A DNA stretch of 64,000 nucleotides from Eubacteriales bacterium (GCA_041653135.1 JBAZGB010000003.1:421-64420), one strand, 5' to 3'. Shown: positions 8,543 through 18,191, counted from the stretch's first letter. Notes: generated by a model not told the origin, from the letters alone. A program made the numbers and translations.

Positions 8543-9256
8543 TCACCCGCCGCAATGAGTAGTTTTTCCGGCGCTGTCTTCCATCGGCGCCTTAATGGCC
8601 CTGTCCGCCAGCTTTGTACCGCGCCAGCCGACATCAAACCCACCTGTCATGTTTTTGACAGGCAGTCCCTGCGCTCCCAAAACACCGGCGACCAGGCCGG
8701 AGGAACTGCCGTCAGCGCAATAAACAACAATTTCATTCAGGCCTCCCCGGGCCGCGTGTTCGGCCAACAAACGCTTCAGCTCGGCAATGTTTTGTTTTTC
8801 AGCCATGTTTTCCGCCGGGGCAATCCAGACGGCGCCCGGAACATGGGCGGGATCGTAAACAGCTTTATTCCTTACGTCAACAACCAGGGGGTCGTTACCA
8901 ATCTGATCGCCGGTATTATGGCCGGTCCTGTAATCGGCCAGGGAATTGTCGTTGTCGTCATCAAGAATCTTTTTGAGTCCGGCAGGACTGATCAGGTTGT
9001 CCGCCTTGCCCAGATAAAGCTCGCCCCGCTGGTCATCAATAGTTACCGTCCCGTTTTTTTCGTCCCAGGCCACATGTGCGCCAAGCTGCTCGCTGACAAA
9101 ACGGATCGGAACATATATTCGGCCGCTTTTTAGGATGACTGAAACCCCTTCTCCGGCCTCAACTCCGCTAATTAACAGCCTGATTGCCTGCCCTGCCTGT
9201 GCCCATCCACAACCAAGCAAAAATATACAAATCAGCAGAACCGCTATCTTTTTCAA
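8543..9256 (-). CDS. Secreted copper-amine-oxidase-N-terminal (stalk) domain plus rhodanese protein; candidate C-terminal CxxU selenoprotein (would extend to 8534)
   Basis: YVPIRFVSEQLGAHVAWD stalk motif; LVVDVR...HVPGA and VVYCADGSSS rhodanese motifs; ends H-C-G-G-TGA-S-H-TAA. Confidence 0.8.
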   Translation of the reverse strand: MKKIAVLLICIFLLGCGWAQAGQAIRLLISGVEAGEGVSVILKSGRIYVPIRFVSEQLGAHVAWDEKNGTVTIDDQRGELYLGKADNLISPAGLKKILDDDNDNSLADYRTGHNTGDQIGNDPLVVDVRNKAVYDPAHVPGAVWIAPAENMAEKQNIAELKRLLAEHAARGGLNEIVVYCADGSSSGLVAGVLGAQGLPVKNMTGGFDVGWRGTKLADRAIKAPMEDSAGKTTHCGG

Positions 9257-9460
9257 TAAGATGTTATCACCCTTTTTGCTTTATTTCTGCCAATGAAAAT
9301 TCATCTGCGAAGCACTTTGAGAAACTTTCCACCTTTACCATCGATCTGCCAACTTATATTTGTTAGACACCGGCAGCAGGGAAAATGTTCCGGTTTTTCA
9401 AAAATAATTTTAGTTTTTGCTTTTAACAGTTCTGCTTCTAGTTTATTCAGCTCATTTTTT

Positions 9461-9922
9461 TTATATGGTGTCGCCGCTCACATTTTGATTTTTTTTGATG
9501 GATGGTCTTTGCGCTATTGAATCTATACACAAAAAAACCAGGGTAAGGAAGAAAAAGCCGGAAGAAGTCAGGCAAAAGACACAGAAACTTTTTAATATCT
9601 GCGACTGATAAATAATCAGGGCGGAGCAAATGAATACGCTCCAGAGGGCTAAAAGAAAGGCCAGGACCCGGCACCACTTGCTTTGCCGGGCAAAGAAGCA
9701 GAAAACAACCAGCAAGGCGGCGGCGCCCGCGCCGGCAACGGCAAAAGAAACCCTTCTTGCGATAAACAAAACCGGTTCACTGCAGCTTCTTGTGTAACAG
9801 AACAACTGTGACAAAGGCGTGAGAAAACCGTTGAAATACAGATATATTAAAAGAACGGCGTTTATAAAAGAAAGCAGCGCAGCCCACCTGGTCAAGGAAA
9901 GCAAAAACCTTTTTTCTGTAAT
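9461..9922 (-). CDS. Vitamin K epoxide reductase (VKOR) family membrane protein
   Basis: Four hydrophobic segments; loop pair C-YTRS-C (9782-9799); YQ..I...F-CVFC in the last TM (9572-9583). Start is either TTG 9904 or in-frame ATT 9922, 7 nt after AAGGAGGG. Confidence 0.72.
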   Translation of the reverse strand: MTEKRFLLSLTRWAALLSFINAVLLIYLYFNGFLTPLSQLFCYTRSCSEPVLFIARRVSFAVAGAGAAALLVVFCFFARQSKWCRVLAFLLALWSVFICSALIIYQSQILKSFCVFCLTSSGFFFLTLVFLCIDSIAQRPSIKKNQNVSGDTI

Positions 9923-9961
9923 CCCGAGTCCCTCCTTAAAATAATTTAAGCGTAGGCGTTT

Positions 9962-10453
9962 TTACTTTTTCAGAGAAACGCAGACCGGACAATAACCATT
10001 ATCGACTATGACTGTCGACCTTGGCTTATCCCAAACCACTTTGCCGCCCAAAGACTCCGCAGTCGCTTTCAGGGGCACGTAAAGCCTCCCCCTGACGATT
10101 TTTGCGCGAACAGCCAAATTAATCCGCTTACCGTTTTTAAATGCTGTTGCGCTGCCGGGGGTGAATTGAACGCTGTCTTGCTTTCTTGTTACAGTTGCGG
10201 TTCTGGCAGCGGTGTTCCATTTTACTGCAGCCCCCAGATTTTCTGCGATCGCTCTGCAGGAAACCAAAGTATGTCCATTCTCGACCAACATATCGGCGCT
10301 GTTAATACTTTCCCCATTAACCAGCACACGAATCTGGCCGGCTATCCCGGGAGTCAGAAAGAAAATGCCTTGGAAAGAAACCAGGACTACCGTCAATACC
10401 AGGAATACCTTTAATTGATCTAAAAACTTTTGCCTGTTGAAAGCGTCACTCAT
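9962..10453 (-). CDS. Secreted copper-amine-oxidase-N-terminal (stalk) domain protein with C-terminal CPVC
   Basis: Signal/anchor helix; two stalk repeats (AIAENLGAAVKWN, YVPLKATAESLGGKVVWD); YCPVC at 9980-9991. Confidence 0.8.
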   Translation of the reverse strand: MSDAFNRQKFLDQLKVFLVLTVVLVSFQGIFFLTPGIAGQIRVLVNGESINSADMLVENGHTLVSCRAIAENLGAAVKWNTAARTATVTRKQDSVQFTPGSATAFKNGKRINLAVRAKIVRGRLYVPLKATAESLGGKVVWDKPRSTVIVDNGYCPVCVSLKK

Positions 10454-10469
10454 TAAATAAAACCCCTTT

Positions 10470-10753
10470 TTGCTTTATAAAGAAAACGAGTTGTGGCCGC
10501 TGGTTGCGCACAGTTTGGTTTACACGGCTTCTGTCGCATTGTTGGCCCTGCCTGGCGGAGGGCTTTCTTACCCGGCGCAATTGTCCTGATTTTTTTAACT
10601 CACCTGCTGCTTGATAAACATTCGTTTGTAAATTTCTGGGCCTGCCGGGTTACGAAATCAAGCAGCAGTCCATGGCTCAAGATAATGATAGATCAATCAT
10701 GGCATATCATCATCTTAGCGCTTGCCACACTAATCCCATCCTCTTTGTTTTAA
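10470..10753 (+). pseudogene. DUF3307-like membrane protein remnant (5'-truncated, frameshifted near 10572)
   Basis: One frame gives LWPLVAHSLVYTASVALLALPGGGLSY; the shifted frame continues GAIVLIFLTHLLLD...WLKIMIDQSWH. The H/HxxxD/DQxxH pattern is typical of DUF3307. Confidence 0.6.
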
Positions 10754-12582
10754 GCCTCGTGTTCTTCCTCTCCGGCCTGTTTCATCAGGGCGGAGAACTC
10801 TTCAGCTTCCAACGTTTCTTTTTCTATCAAGGTATTGGCTATCAAATGCAGGGCACTGATATGCTTTTTCATAATTTCTTTGGCCCGGTCATAATTAAGT
10901 TCCACAACCCTGTGTACTTCCTTGTCGATTGCGGAAGCCACTTCTTCTCCGTAGTTGCGGTCCCGCGCCAGGTCACGTCCCAGGAAAATCGTTTCCTGCT
11001 TGTGGCCCAGGGTCAAAGGGCCAAGGTTCTCACTCATTCCGTATTCCATGATCATACGCCGGACTATCTCGGTTGAACGCTCCAAATCGTTCTGGGCGCC
11101 TGTACTGATCTCCCCCAGGACAAAATCTTCGGCGACCCTGCCGGCCAGAAGCATAGTCACCTGATCTAGAAGCATGGACTTTGTCATATAATAACGGTCT
11201 TCCTTAGGCAGAAGCAGTGTGTAACCCCCCGCGCGGCCCCTCGGGATAATCGACACCTTGTGAACCGGATCAGTATTCGGCAGCAGATATCCGACCACGG
11301 CATGCCCGGCCTCGTGATAAGAGACAAGCTTTTTTTCCTTCTCGCTGATGACCTTGGACTTTTTCTCGGGGCCTGCAATCACGCGCTCAATGGAGCTTTC
11401 CAACTCACGCATGCCAATTTCTTTTTTGCCGACGCGGGCGGCTAATAAAGCGGCCTCATTAACCAGGTTGGCCAGGTCCGCTCCTGTAAACCCGGGTGTG
11501 CGCCTGGCCAAAATGTCCAGGTCTACATCATCACCTAAGGGTTTACCCTTGGCATGGACCTTTAAAATTTCTTTGCGGCCGGTTATATCCGGTATATCCA
11601 CGGTTACTTCCCGGTCAAACCTGCCGGGACGCAGCAGGGCGGGATCCAAAATGTCAGGCCTGTTGGTAGCCGCAATAACAATAATCCCCTCATTGGGGCT
11701 GAAACCATCCATTTCCACGAGAAGCTGGTTCAAGGTCTGCTCCCTCTCGTCATGCCCTCCGCCCAAACCTGCCCCTCTCTGACGGCCCACCGCGTCAATT
11801 TCATCAATGAAGACAATACAGGGAGCATTTTTTTTGGCCTGATCGAACAGGTCCCGGACCCGTGAAGCTCCCACACCGACGAACATCTCTACAAAATCGG
11901 AACCGCTGATGCTGAAAAAAGGCACTCCCGCTTCCCCGGCAACAGCTTTGGCGAGAAGGGTTTTGCCTGTTCCCGGGGCGCCGAAGAGCAGCACCCCTCT
12001 GGGGATACGCGCTCCGAGTTCGGTAAACTTCTTGGGGGTTTTTAAGAATTCGACCAGTTCGACAAGTTCTTCTTTTGCCTCATCAGCTCCGGCAACGTCT
12101 GCAAAAGTAACTTTTTTTCTTTCGTCAGTGTGCAGCTTGGCCTTGCTTTTTCCAAACGACATTACCCTGTTTCCGCCGCCCTGTGTCTGCTGCATCATAA
12201 AAAAGAAAAGCAGGACAAAGATAAGGATCGGTAAAACGCCGGTCAGGATATTGGTCCATAAACCCGGCGGAGGCGGTTCTTCCGCTGTAATCTTGACCTT
12301 CTTCTCCACCAGCAGTGCGGTAAGATCGGCATCGTTCTTTAAGCCGGTCACTTTAAACTTGACGCCGTCCTTTTTCGTGCCGGTGATCAAATTAGTCGTG
12401 TCCTTGGCCTGGATGGTTACCTCCTGTACCTGCCCCTGATTCACATAATCAAGAAATTGATCATAACGCCATTGCTTTATGTCAACGTTTTGAGGTTGCG
12501 CATATTTAAGCAGGGCTATGATTACCAACAGGATTAGCAAATAAATACTGAGGTTCTTGAGAATCCTGTTCAATAAAGCCAC
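10750..12582 (-). CDS. ftsH: ATP-dependent zinc metalloprotease FtsH
   Basis: Two TMs, GAPGTGKT Walker A, VFIDEID Walker B, HEAGH zinc motif. Confidence 0.98.
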   Translation of the reverse strand: MALLNRILKNLSIYLLILLVIIALLKYAQPQNVDIKQWRYDQFLDYVNQGQVQEVTIQAKDTTNLITGTKKDGVKFKVTGLKNDADLTALLVEKKVKITAEEPPPPGLWTNILTGVLPILIFVLLFFFMMQQTQGGGNRVMSFGKSKAKLHTDERKKVTFADVAGADEAKEELVELVEFLKTPKKFTELGARIPRGVLLFGAPGTGKTLLAKAVAGEAGVPFFSISGSDFVEMFVGVGASRVRDLFDQAKKNAPCIVFIDEIDAVGRQRGAGLGGGHDEREQTLNQLLVEMDGFSPNEGIIVIAATNRPDILDPALLRPGRFDREVTVDIPDITGRKEILKVHAKGKPLGDDVDLDILARRTPGFTGADLANLVNEAALLAARVGKKEIGMRELESSIERVIAGPEKKSKVISEKEKKLVSYHEAGHAVVGYLLPNTDPVHKVSIIPRGRAGGYTLLLPKEDRYYMTKSMLLDQVTMLLAGRVAEDFVLGEISTGAQNDLERSTEIVRRMIMEYGMSENLGPLTLGHKQETIFLGRDLARDRNYGEEVASAIDKEVHRVVELNYDRAKEIMKKHISALHLIANTLIEKETLEAEEFSALMKQAGEEEHEA

Positions 12583-12628
12583 TCCTTCTTAATTTATACT
12601 GTTTTGAAAAGGTTTTCGTTTAATAAAA

Positions 12629-12657
12629 ATTGTAACATATCCCGCACTTAGTTTCAA
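12629..12657 (-). promoter_or_regulatory. SigA promoter of ftsH
   Basis: TTGAAA-N17-TACAAT with an extended -10 TG. Confidence 0.65.
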
Positions 12658-14079
12658 TTATGCCGTTGCAGCAGAACTCCCCAGGATCTGAAGATAAAGA
12701 CAGTTAACAGTCCCGCCGGTTACTTTCCAGTCCTGGGATAAACGCAGGCCGCCAACCCAGACAATATCGGCGCCGCTGACCACCAGTGGAATCCTGTCCC
12801 GTTTATAACGGGCGACTTTGCTGTCAATTAAAAACTTTTTTAGTTTAATCGTCCCGCCCAGCCCAAAAGGAGAAAAAACATCTCCTTCCAAACGTCTGCG
12901 CACAAAGAGGGGGTGTTTGATAAGATCATAATCAAGCAGGGCTTCATTCGGGGACATTTCGGAAAACGGCGGGGCATCCCTTATGTCGATAACTTCCGCT
13001 TGAATGCGAAGATCTATTTCGGGAACATAAGTCACCCCGGGTACAATTAAGGGGTGCTGGTAGGGAAGTACGGGAATTGGTTCCGCTTCCCGGAAAAACT
13101 GCAGGACATTGTTGGTCTTCAGCGCACGGATTCCCCTTGGAAGAATCATAACCCGTCCGCCGGCTTTTTTATGCAGCAACTCCGTCAGCTTTTCAACATG
13201 GTGGTAAGAAAGTTCCTTCATCTCCCCGGTTACCTCATTCCAGGCCAGGCGCAACACACGCCGGCAAAGCGGGGCGGATAAGGTACGCAGCTGATTATTA
13301 TCTAAAACAACCATACCGTTTTTTTCATTTACTTTTATTTTGTCCAGATTGATCAAGGCCAGTTCCTCAAGGTAAGAATCCTCTTCGCTGCATAGATTGC
13401 CAAGCTGCGCCAGTGTATGGACAATTTGAGGGTTGTATTCACGTTCCAGCAAAGGCAACAAATTCAAGCGGATACGATTCCTGGTATAAACGGGTTTGAG
13501 GTTTGAGCTGTCCTGCCTGACAGGCAAATTATGCTGCAGACAATATCCTTCTATTTCCTTGCGGCGTATTTCCAGGAGCGGGCGAATGAACAGGCCGCGT
13601 ATATAAGAGATACCTTTTAAACCGCTTATGCCGGCGCCGCGCAGAAGGTTGAGAAGGATCGTTTCCGCCTGATCGTCCGCATGATGTCCCAGGGCTACCC
13701 TGCGAGCGCCCAACTTGCCGGCAAGTTGTTCAAAGAAAGAAAAACGAATTTCCCTGCATGCTTCCTGTAAGGACAAACCCGAGTTTTTATGATAGCTTTT
13801 CACATCAGCTTTTTCTATATAACAGGGCAACTCCAGTTTTTCTGAAAATTCCCTAACCGAACGGGCATCCTCTTTTGCTTCCTCGCCCCGGAGTTGATGA
13901 TTCAAGTGGGCAACGACCGGAATTATCCGCAAGTCGCCCTTTAAGGTCCACAAAATATGCAGCAGGGCGATAGAATCGGATCCCCCGGAGACGCCGATTA
14001 AAACCTTGTCTCCAGGTTCTAACATTTCCAATTTTTCGATCTGTGATTTAACCTGCTTAACTAAATCAATGCCAGCCAA
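12658..14079 (-). CDS. tilS: tRNA(Ile)-lysidine synthetase
   Basis: SGGSDS PP-loop, GHHADDQAET, RNRIR motifs; synteny with ftsH. Confidence 0.96.
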   Translation of the reverse strand: MAGIDLVKQVKSQIEKLEMLEPGDKVLIGVSGGSDSIALLHILWTLKGDLRIIPVVAHLNHQLRGEEAKEDARSVREFSEKLELPCYIEKADVKSYHKNSGLSLQEACREIRFSFFEQLAGKLGARRVALGHHADDQAETILLNLLRGAGISGLKGISYIRGLFIRPLLEIRRKEIEGYCLQHNLPVRQDSSNLKPVYTRNRIRLNLLPLLEREYNPQIVHTLAQLGNLCSEEDSYLEELALINLDKIKVNEKNGMVVLDNNQLRTLSAPLCRRVLRLAWNEVTGEMKELSYHHVEKLTELLHKKAGGRVMILPRGIRALKTNNVLQFFREAEPIPVLPYQHPLIVPGVTYVPEIDLRIQAEVIDIRDAPPFSEMSPNEALLDYDLIKHPLFVRRRLEGDVFSPFGLGGTIKLKKFLIDSKVARYKRDRIPLVVSGADIVWVGGLRLSQDWKVTGGTVNCLYLQILGSSAATA

Positions 14080-14108
14080 AAATCGACACCTTAATACATA
14101 ATCTCATA

Positions 14109-16637
14109 CTATATATTTCCACACTGATATACTTTTCCCTCCATTTTTTTATCAAAGCTTCTTTTTTTAAAAAATACCGTCAGTATGGATATATCGTCGG
14201 GAATCCTGTCCACCCCTCCAGCGCTGGCGACGGCCAAATTCAGGAGAAGATCCGCAAGATCCTGGGGTTCAATCTCGCCTGCACTCTGAATTACATCCCT
14301 CAGCCAGTTTTCCTTTCCTTGCGGCCCGCTGTAAATATCCAGCATCCCATCGCTGACCATAACCACAAGATCACCCGGCGCAAGTCTTCTTGAAACAGTT
14401 GCAACATCGATATCTTTTATAATTCCCACCGGAAGAGAATTAGCCCTGACCGAATTAACTCTTTTACCCTGCTTCAAAAAACTCGGCGGGGCGCCAATTT
14501 TTATAAACTCGGCCTGACCGGTGTATAAATCGAGGGTAATCAAATCGACCGTGGCGAAACTATCCCCGGGGAACCTTAACATCATCAGGGAATTCACAGT
14601 TTTGACAGCCAGTTCCCGCCTTAATCCCGATTCCAAAAGCTTCTTCAGCAGACCCAGGGCAGTACCGCTCTCGCGCGCGGCGCTCTCTCCTGCGCCCATC
14701 CCGTCGCTCAACATGAAGGCAAACTCTCCTCCTTTTAGATGGACAAAAGCGTGACTGTCTCCGCAAACAACGTTTCCTCCCTTGCCTATTTTGGCGATGC
14801 CTACTTTGACCTGGTACTTGAGCCCGGGGTATAACCTTAAAAAACAAAGGTTTTCCCCCAGGGGACCTGTGCAGTTAACCGACGGCGCCGATAAAGATTC
14901 TTTACACAAACGGGAAAGGGCCGGAATTAACCTTGCAGAGCAATCAAGGCAATCTGAGCAGGGCAGTCTGCTTATACCCACCTCAATACCATAATCATCA
15001 TTACGGGACATTTTAACGTCGGTAACCGGAATGCCTGAATGCTTCAGCTTGTCCTTCAGATAAACTTCCCTGCCGGCAAATTCCTGAACCTCCAACTGCA
15101 ATTCGGAAGACAAATCCTCAACTATCTCCGATATGCCTTTGAGTTGCTCGGAAACGATTTCCTTGCTTTCCAGAATACGTTTGGTCCAATAGAGGTTTAG
15201 TTTATAAGTATCGTACAGACACGCTATTGTTATAGCCAATTCCCTGGCCCTCGTACAGCGTCTTTTTAAAAACTCCGGCAAATCCGAAACCGTTACCTGG
15301 CCGTACAGCTCAACTTGAGCGAAAGTATCCAACAGGCTCTGATAGGTAAGGTAAAATTCCCGTTCCCAGCAGATTTGATACACACCACAGCCGTTGCATA
15401 CCTTTTGTCCTATTTCCCTGAAGAGATCCTGAAGCGCAGGTTCGCGGCGTTCTTCCGGAGCGGCCACGCAGGTTTGCGCATACCCCATGGAAAGATCTTT
15501 CAAAACACACGCCCACTTACTCAGCCGGTTTCTAACCAGTCCCTGCAATCTGCCGCCGGTTGTGCTAAAAGCGGTATTTCCGGAAATGATCAGGGAAAAA
15601 GACTCCGCAAACTGTTCAATTTGCCGGGCTGGAAACAAAAAAAACAAAATAATTGCCAGACAGCTTTCGATAATTATGGAGACCAGATTCCCGAAATTTT
15701 TAATATAAATAAGTAAAATGAGATTGCCGGCTAAAAAACCCGCCGCAACTCCCTTTTTTCCCATACCCCTGCAGAAACCCGCCACAAATCCCGCAAAAGA
15801 GTATACTCCCGTCAAAACAGGGACAGCTACATAAGCCAGGCCCGGGATAATTCCCATCAGGGCTCCGGCAACAGCGCCCTGACCCATACCCCCTCCACAG
15901 GCAAGGACAAGGATAATAAAGCGGCTCAACAGACCCTGGAGAGAGACATCCCTGAACTCAAGCCCGCTTGTGCCTGCCAAAACACCTGACAAAAGAACCA
16001 AAACAGATAACAGCTCTTCTACTTCCAGGCCCTGTGAACTGCTTATCCGGGAGAGGGAAGGAAGGGCTTTTAAAAAGATGAAAGTAAATATACCGGCGAA
16101 AACCGCTTCAAAAGTAACACTGATGTAATCATAAGGAGAAAAATCAACAAAGGCGAGGCAGCCGATTTTTAGAATCAGGCTGAGCGCAAACACTACCGCT
16201 GGTATTACAATTAAAGGTTTTTTAACATTTCCCTGATAGGTAAGAAATATCCAGACCAGCATTACTGACGCGCATTCTATCATCAGGGAAGAACCCTTGG
16301 CTGCTGTTGCCAGCCCCAGAATGAGTCCGATGACCGACAACAATGATGAGGCAGGCATAATAAAAGTAACAGCTCCGGCAAAGGCAGCGGCAAAAGGGAC
16401 AAGCTCCCCGAACAAAAATGATCTGCCCAAAAAAAATCCTGCCGCCAGGAAAAAAAACTGCTTTCCAGAAACAGAAGTCCCTAGTTTGGCGAGCAGGTTG
16501 TTTTTGTTTGCAGGGTCTTTTTCAGATAATTCCTTTATCCGGGCAATACCGGCAGTATGCTTGACAGACTTTTTCTTTCTAATCCCCTGTTTTTTTCTCA
16601 ACCGGCGAAAGGGATAAACTTCAGATTTATTTAACAC
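14109..16637 (-). CDS. spoIIE: Stage II sporulation protein E (PP2C phosphatase)
   Basis: Multi-TM N-terminus, central domain, PP2C motifs CGD, LSDGMG, SDG, DDISI. Confidence 0.95.
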   Translation of the reverse strand: MLNKSEVYPFRRLRKKQGIRKKKSVKHTAGIARIKELSEKDPANKNNLLAKLGTSVSGKQFFFLAAGFFLGRSFLFGELVPFAAAFAGAVTFIMPASSLLSVIGLILGLATAAKGSSLMIECASVMLVWIFLTYQGNVKKPLIVIPAVVFALSLILKIGCLAFVDFSPYDYISVTFEAVFAGIFTFIFLKALPSLSRISSSQGLEVEELLSVLVLLSGVLAGTSGLEFRDVSLQGLLSRFIILVLACGGGMGQGAVAGALMGIIPGLAYVAVPVLTGVYSFAGFVAGFCRGMGKKGVAAGFLAGNLILLIYIKNFGNLVSIIIESCLAIILFFLFPARQIEQFAESFSLIISGNTAFSTTGGRLQGLVRNRLSKWACVLKDLSMGYAQTCVAAPEERREPALQDLFREIGQKVCNGCGVYQICWEREFYLTYQSLLDTFAQVELYGQVTVSDLPEFLKRRCTRARELAITIACLYDTYKLNLYWTKRILESKEIVSEQLKGISEIVEDLSSELQLEVQEFAGREVYLKDKLKHSGIPVTDVKMSRNDDYGIEVGISRLPCSDCLDCSARLIPALSRLCKESLSAPSVNCTGPLGENLCFLRLYPGLKYQVKVGIAKIGKGGNVVCGDSHAFVHLKGGEFAFMLSDGMGAGESAARESGTALGLLKKLLESGLRRELAVKTVNSLMMLRFPGDSFATVDLITLDLYTGQAEFIKIGAPPSFLKQGKRVNSVRANSLPVGIIKDIDVATVSRRLAPGDLVVMVSDGMLDIYSGPQGKENWLRDVIQSAGEIEPQDLADLLLNLAVASAGGVDRIPDDISILTVFFKKRSFDKKMEGKVYQCGNI

Positions 16638-16690
16638 CTTAGGCCCACCTCTTATACATTTAATTAAGGGCTGGCATCCCTTAACTTTAG

Positions 16691-16755
16691 ATTATAGTAT
16701 AAAAGGCAGGCATTTATTGTCATTACTGGTAACATACGTTATTTTTTTATCGACA
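16691..16755 (-). promoter_or_regulatory. Spo0A-dependent spoIIE promoter
   Basis: ATGACA-N21-TATAAT (abnormal 21-nt spacing, as in B. subtilis spoIIE) plus a 0A-box-like TGTCGAT at 16749-16755. Confidence 0.7.
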
Positions 16756-16757
16756 AA

Positions 16758-17648
16758 TTACAACTCACTGTTTGCCTCCCGAATTGCAAGGCCATACATG
16801 AGATCCGCTTCACTGACTTTCAGCCGGGGCAGATCCAAATAACCAAGGATCTGTCTGACGATCCGAACCCCTGCGATTATTATATCCGCCCGTTCCGGCT
16901 GAAGGCCGGGCAGACAGCGGCGTTTTTCAAGCGGAAGAGAGGATAACAAGGAAAGTGTTTTTTCGACCTGTCCCGCTGACAGGTCGAAACCATGCGCCAG
17001 CGAAGGATTATAAACTCGAAGGGAAAGAGATATGGCCGCAATAGTGGTTACCGTCCCGCCAACCCCGATAAGATTTACAGGAGAGATTTTCCTGATTTCT
17101 TCAAGAGTGGAAACCAGCGGGATAAGAATTTCCTCGTCAGTGAAGTTACCTTCTGTGGCGCGTACCGCACCTATCTCCTCACTCCGGCAGTATAGCCGGC
17201 CTGATGCTTTCCAGGTAAACTCGGTACTTCCGCCGCCAAGGTCCATAACAACCGCATCTTGAGTATCAATACCTGCAGGTAAGCCGCTCAGCGCTCCCTG
17301 GTAACTCAAGAGCGCTTCCTCGGCGCCGGGGAGCACTCTTACTTTAAAGCCGGTCCTTTCGAAAACAGCGCTGAGAAAATCTTCACGGTTAGCCGCGTTT
17401 CGGACTGCGCTTGTTGCTGCAATAACAACCTTTTTAACCTGCCAGTCATGAAACCTCTTTAAATAATCCTCTATTACGGACACAGTGCTTCTGATTGCCG
17501 CAGGCATAAGTCTGGCGGTTTCAATTCCCGCGCCCAACCTGGTAGTAACGAGATCGGTGTGCAGAGGTTTTATTTCTTTCCGGCTGTTTATTTCCGCGAT
17601 AAGCAGGCGGGTTGAGTTTGTACCGGCATCAATTACGGCGACTCTCAT
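16758..17648 (-). CDS. ppx: Ppx/GppA family phosphatase (short form)
   Basis: IDAGTNSTRL, ATSAVR, DLGGGSTE, GVGGT, ERADII motifs. Confidence 0.92.
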   Translation of the reverse strand: MRVAVIDAGTNSTRLLIAEINSRKEIKPLHTDLVTTRLGAGIETARLMPAAIRSTVSVIEDYLKRFHDWQVKKVVIAATSAVRNAANREDFLSAVFERTGFKVRVLPGAEEALLSYQGALSGLPAGIDTQDAVVMDLGGGSTEFTWKASGRLYCRSEEIGAVRATEGNFTDEEILIPLVSTLEEIRKISPVNLIGVGGTVTTIAAISLSLRVYNPSLAHGFDLSAGQVEKTLSLLSSLPLEKRRCLPGLQPERADIIIAGVRIVRQILGYLDLPRLKVSEADLMYGLAIREANSEL

Positions 17649-17683
17649 AAATCTTCCTTAATATATACATGCATAATATTTAA

Positions 17684-17703
17684 GGGGCATTTGCGAATGC
17701 CCC
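17684..17703 (-). terminator. Hairpin after the S1-domain gene
   Basis: ggggcatt-tgcg-aatgcccc; weak U-tract. Confidence 0.5.
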
Positions 17704-17713
17704 CCGTTTTGCT

Positions 17714-18106
17714 CTATTCTTCACGCCTTGCCGAACCACGGCCGCCACGTTTAGCTTCCGTGCTGCGCCGCAGGTGAGTCTGTTTTTCATCACTTTCTTT
17801 TAAAAATTTATTTAATTTCTCTTCAAAAGAAGCAACCAGTCTGTTTTTTTGGTAACTATTCTCCCCGCGTATAACTTCAACCTGCTTGATGGACAGGCCG
17901 ATCTTACCCCGGGGGTCGATCGAGATTACTTTAACTGCCACACGATCATTTTCTTTTAAAAAATCATTAATATCCCTTACATAGATTCTGGCAACTTCCG
18001 ATATATGAACCAAGCCTGTTTCGCCATCCGGGAGTTGAATAAAAACACCAAAATTAGTGATCCCCTTGACGATCCCTTCTAAAACACTCCCTACTGTAGC
18101 CGGCAT
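17714..18106 (-). CDS. yabR: S1 RNA-binding domain protein (YabR/YugI-like)
   Basis: GITNFGVFIQL..GETGLVHISEV; FEEKLNKFLKES; KRGGRG tail. Confidence 0.92.
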   Translation of the reverse strand: MPATVGSVLEGIVKGITNFGVFIQLPDGETGLVHISEVARIYVRDINDFLKENDRVAVKVISIDPRGKIGLSIKQVEVIRGENSYQKNRLVASFEEKLNKFLKESDEKQTHLRRSTEAKRGGRGSARREE

Positions 18107-18152
18107 AACCTTTTTTGGATATCCTCCTTGAAGCCAGAAAAGCCCTCTGTAA

Positions 18153-18182
18153 ATTATATGCAGGAAAATAAAAGGGTGTCAA
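18153..18182 (-). promoter_or_regulatory. SigA promoter
   Basis: TTGACA-N18-TATAAT upstream of yabR. Confidence 0.7.
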
Positions 18183-18191
18183 GGATCATCT

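Noticed and set aside
8537-9133. Long plus-strand ORFs opposite real genes (also 2679-3374, 11909-12439, 49276-49842 and others)
   Set aside because: Antisense shadows of well-supported minus-strand genes; no RBS or motifs.
16638-16757. tRNA genes upstream of spoIIE, as in B. subtilis
   Set aside because: The interval is only ~120 nt and is explained by the spoIIE promoter; no cloverleaf seen.
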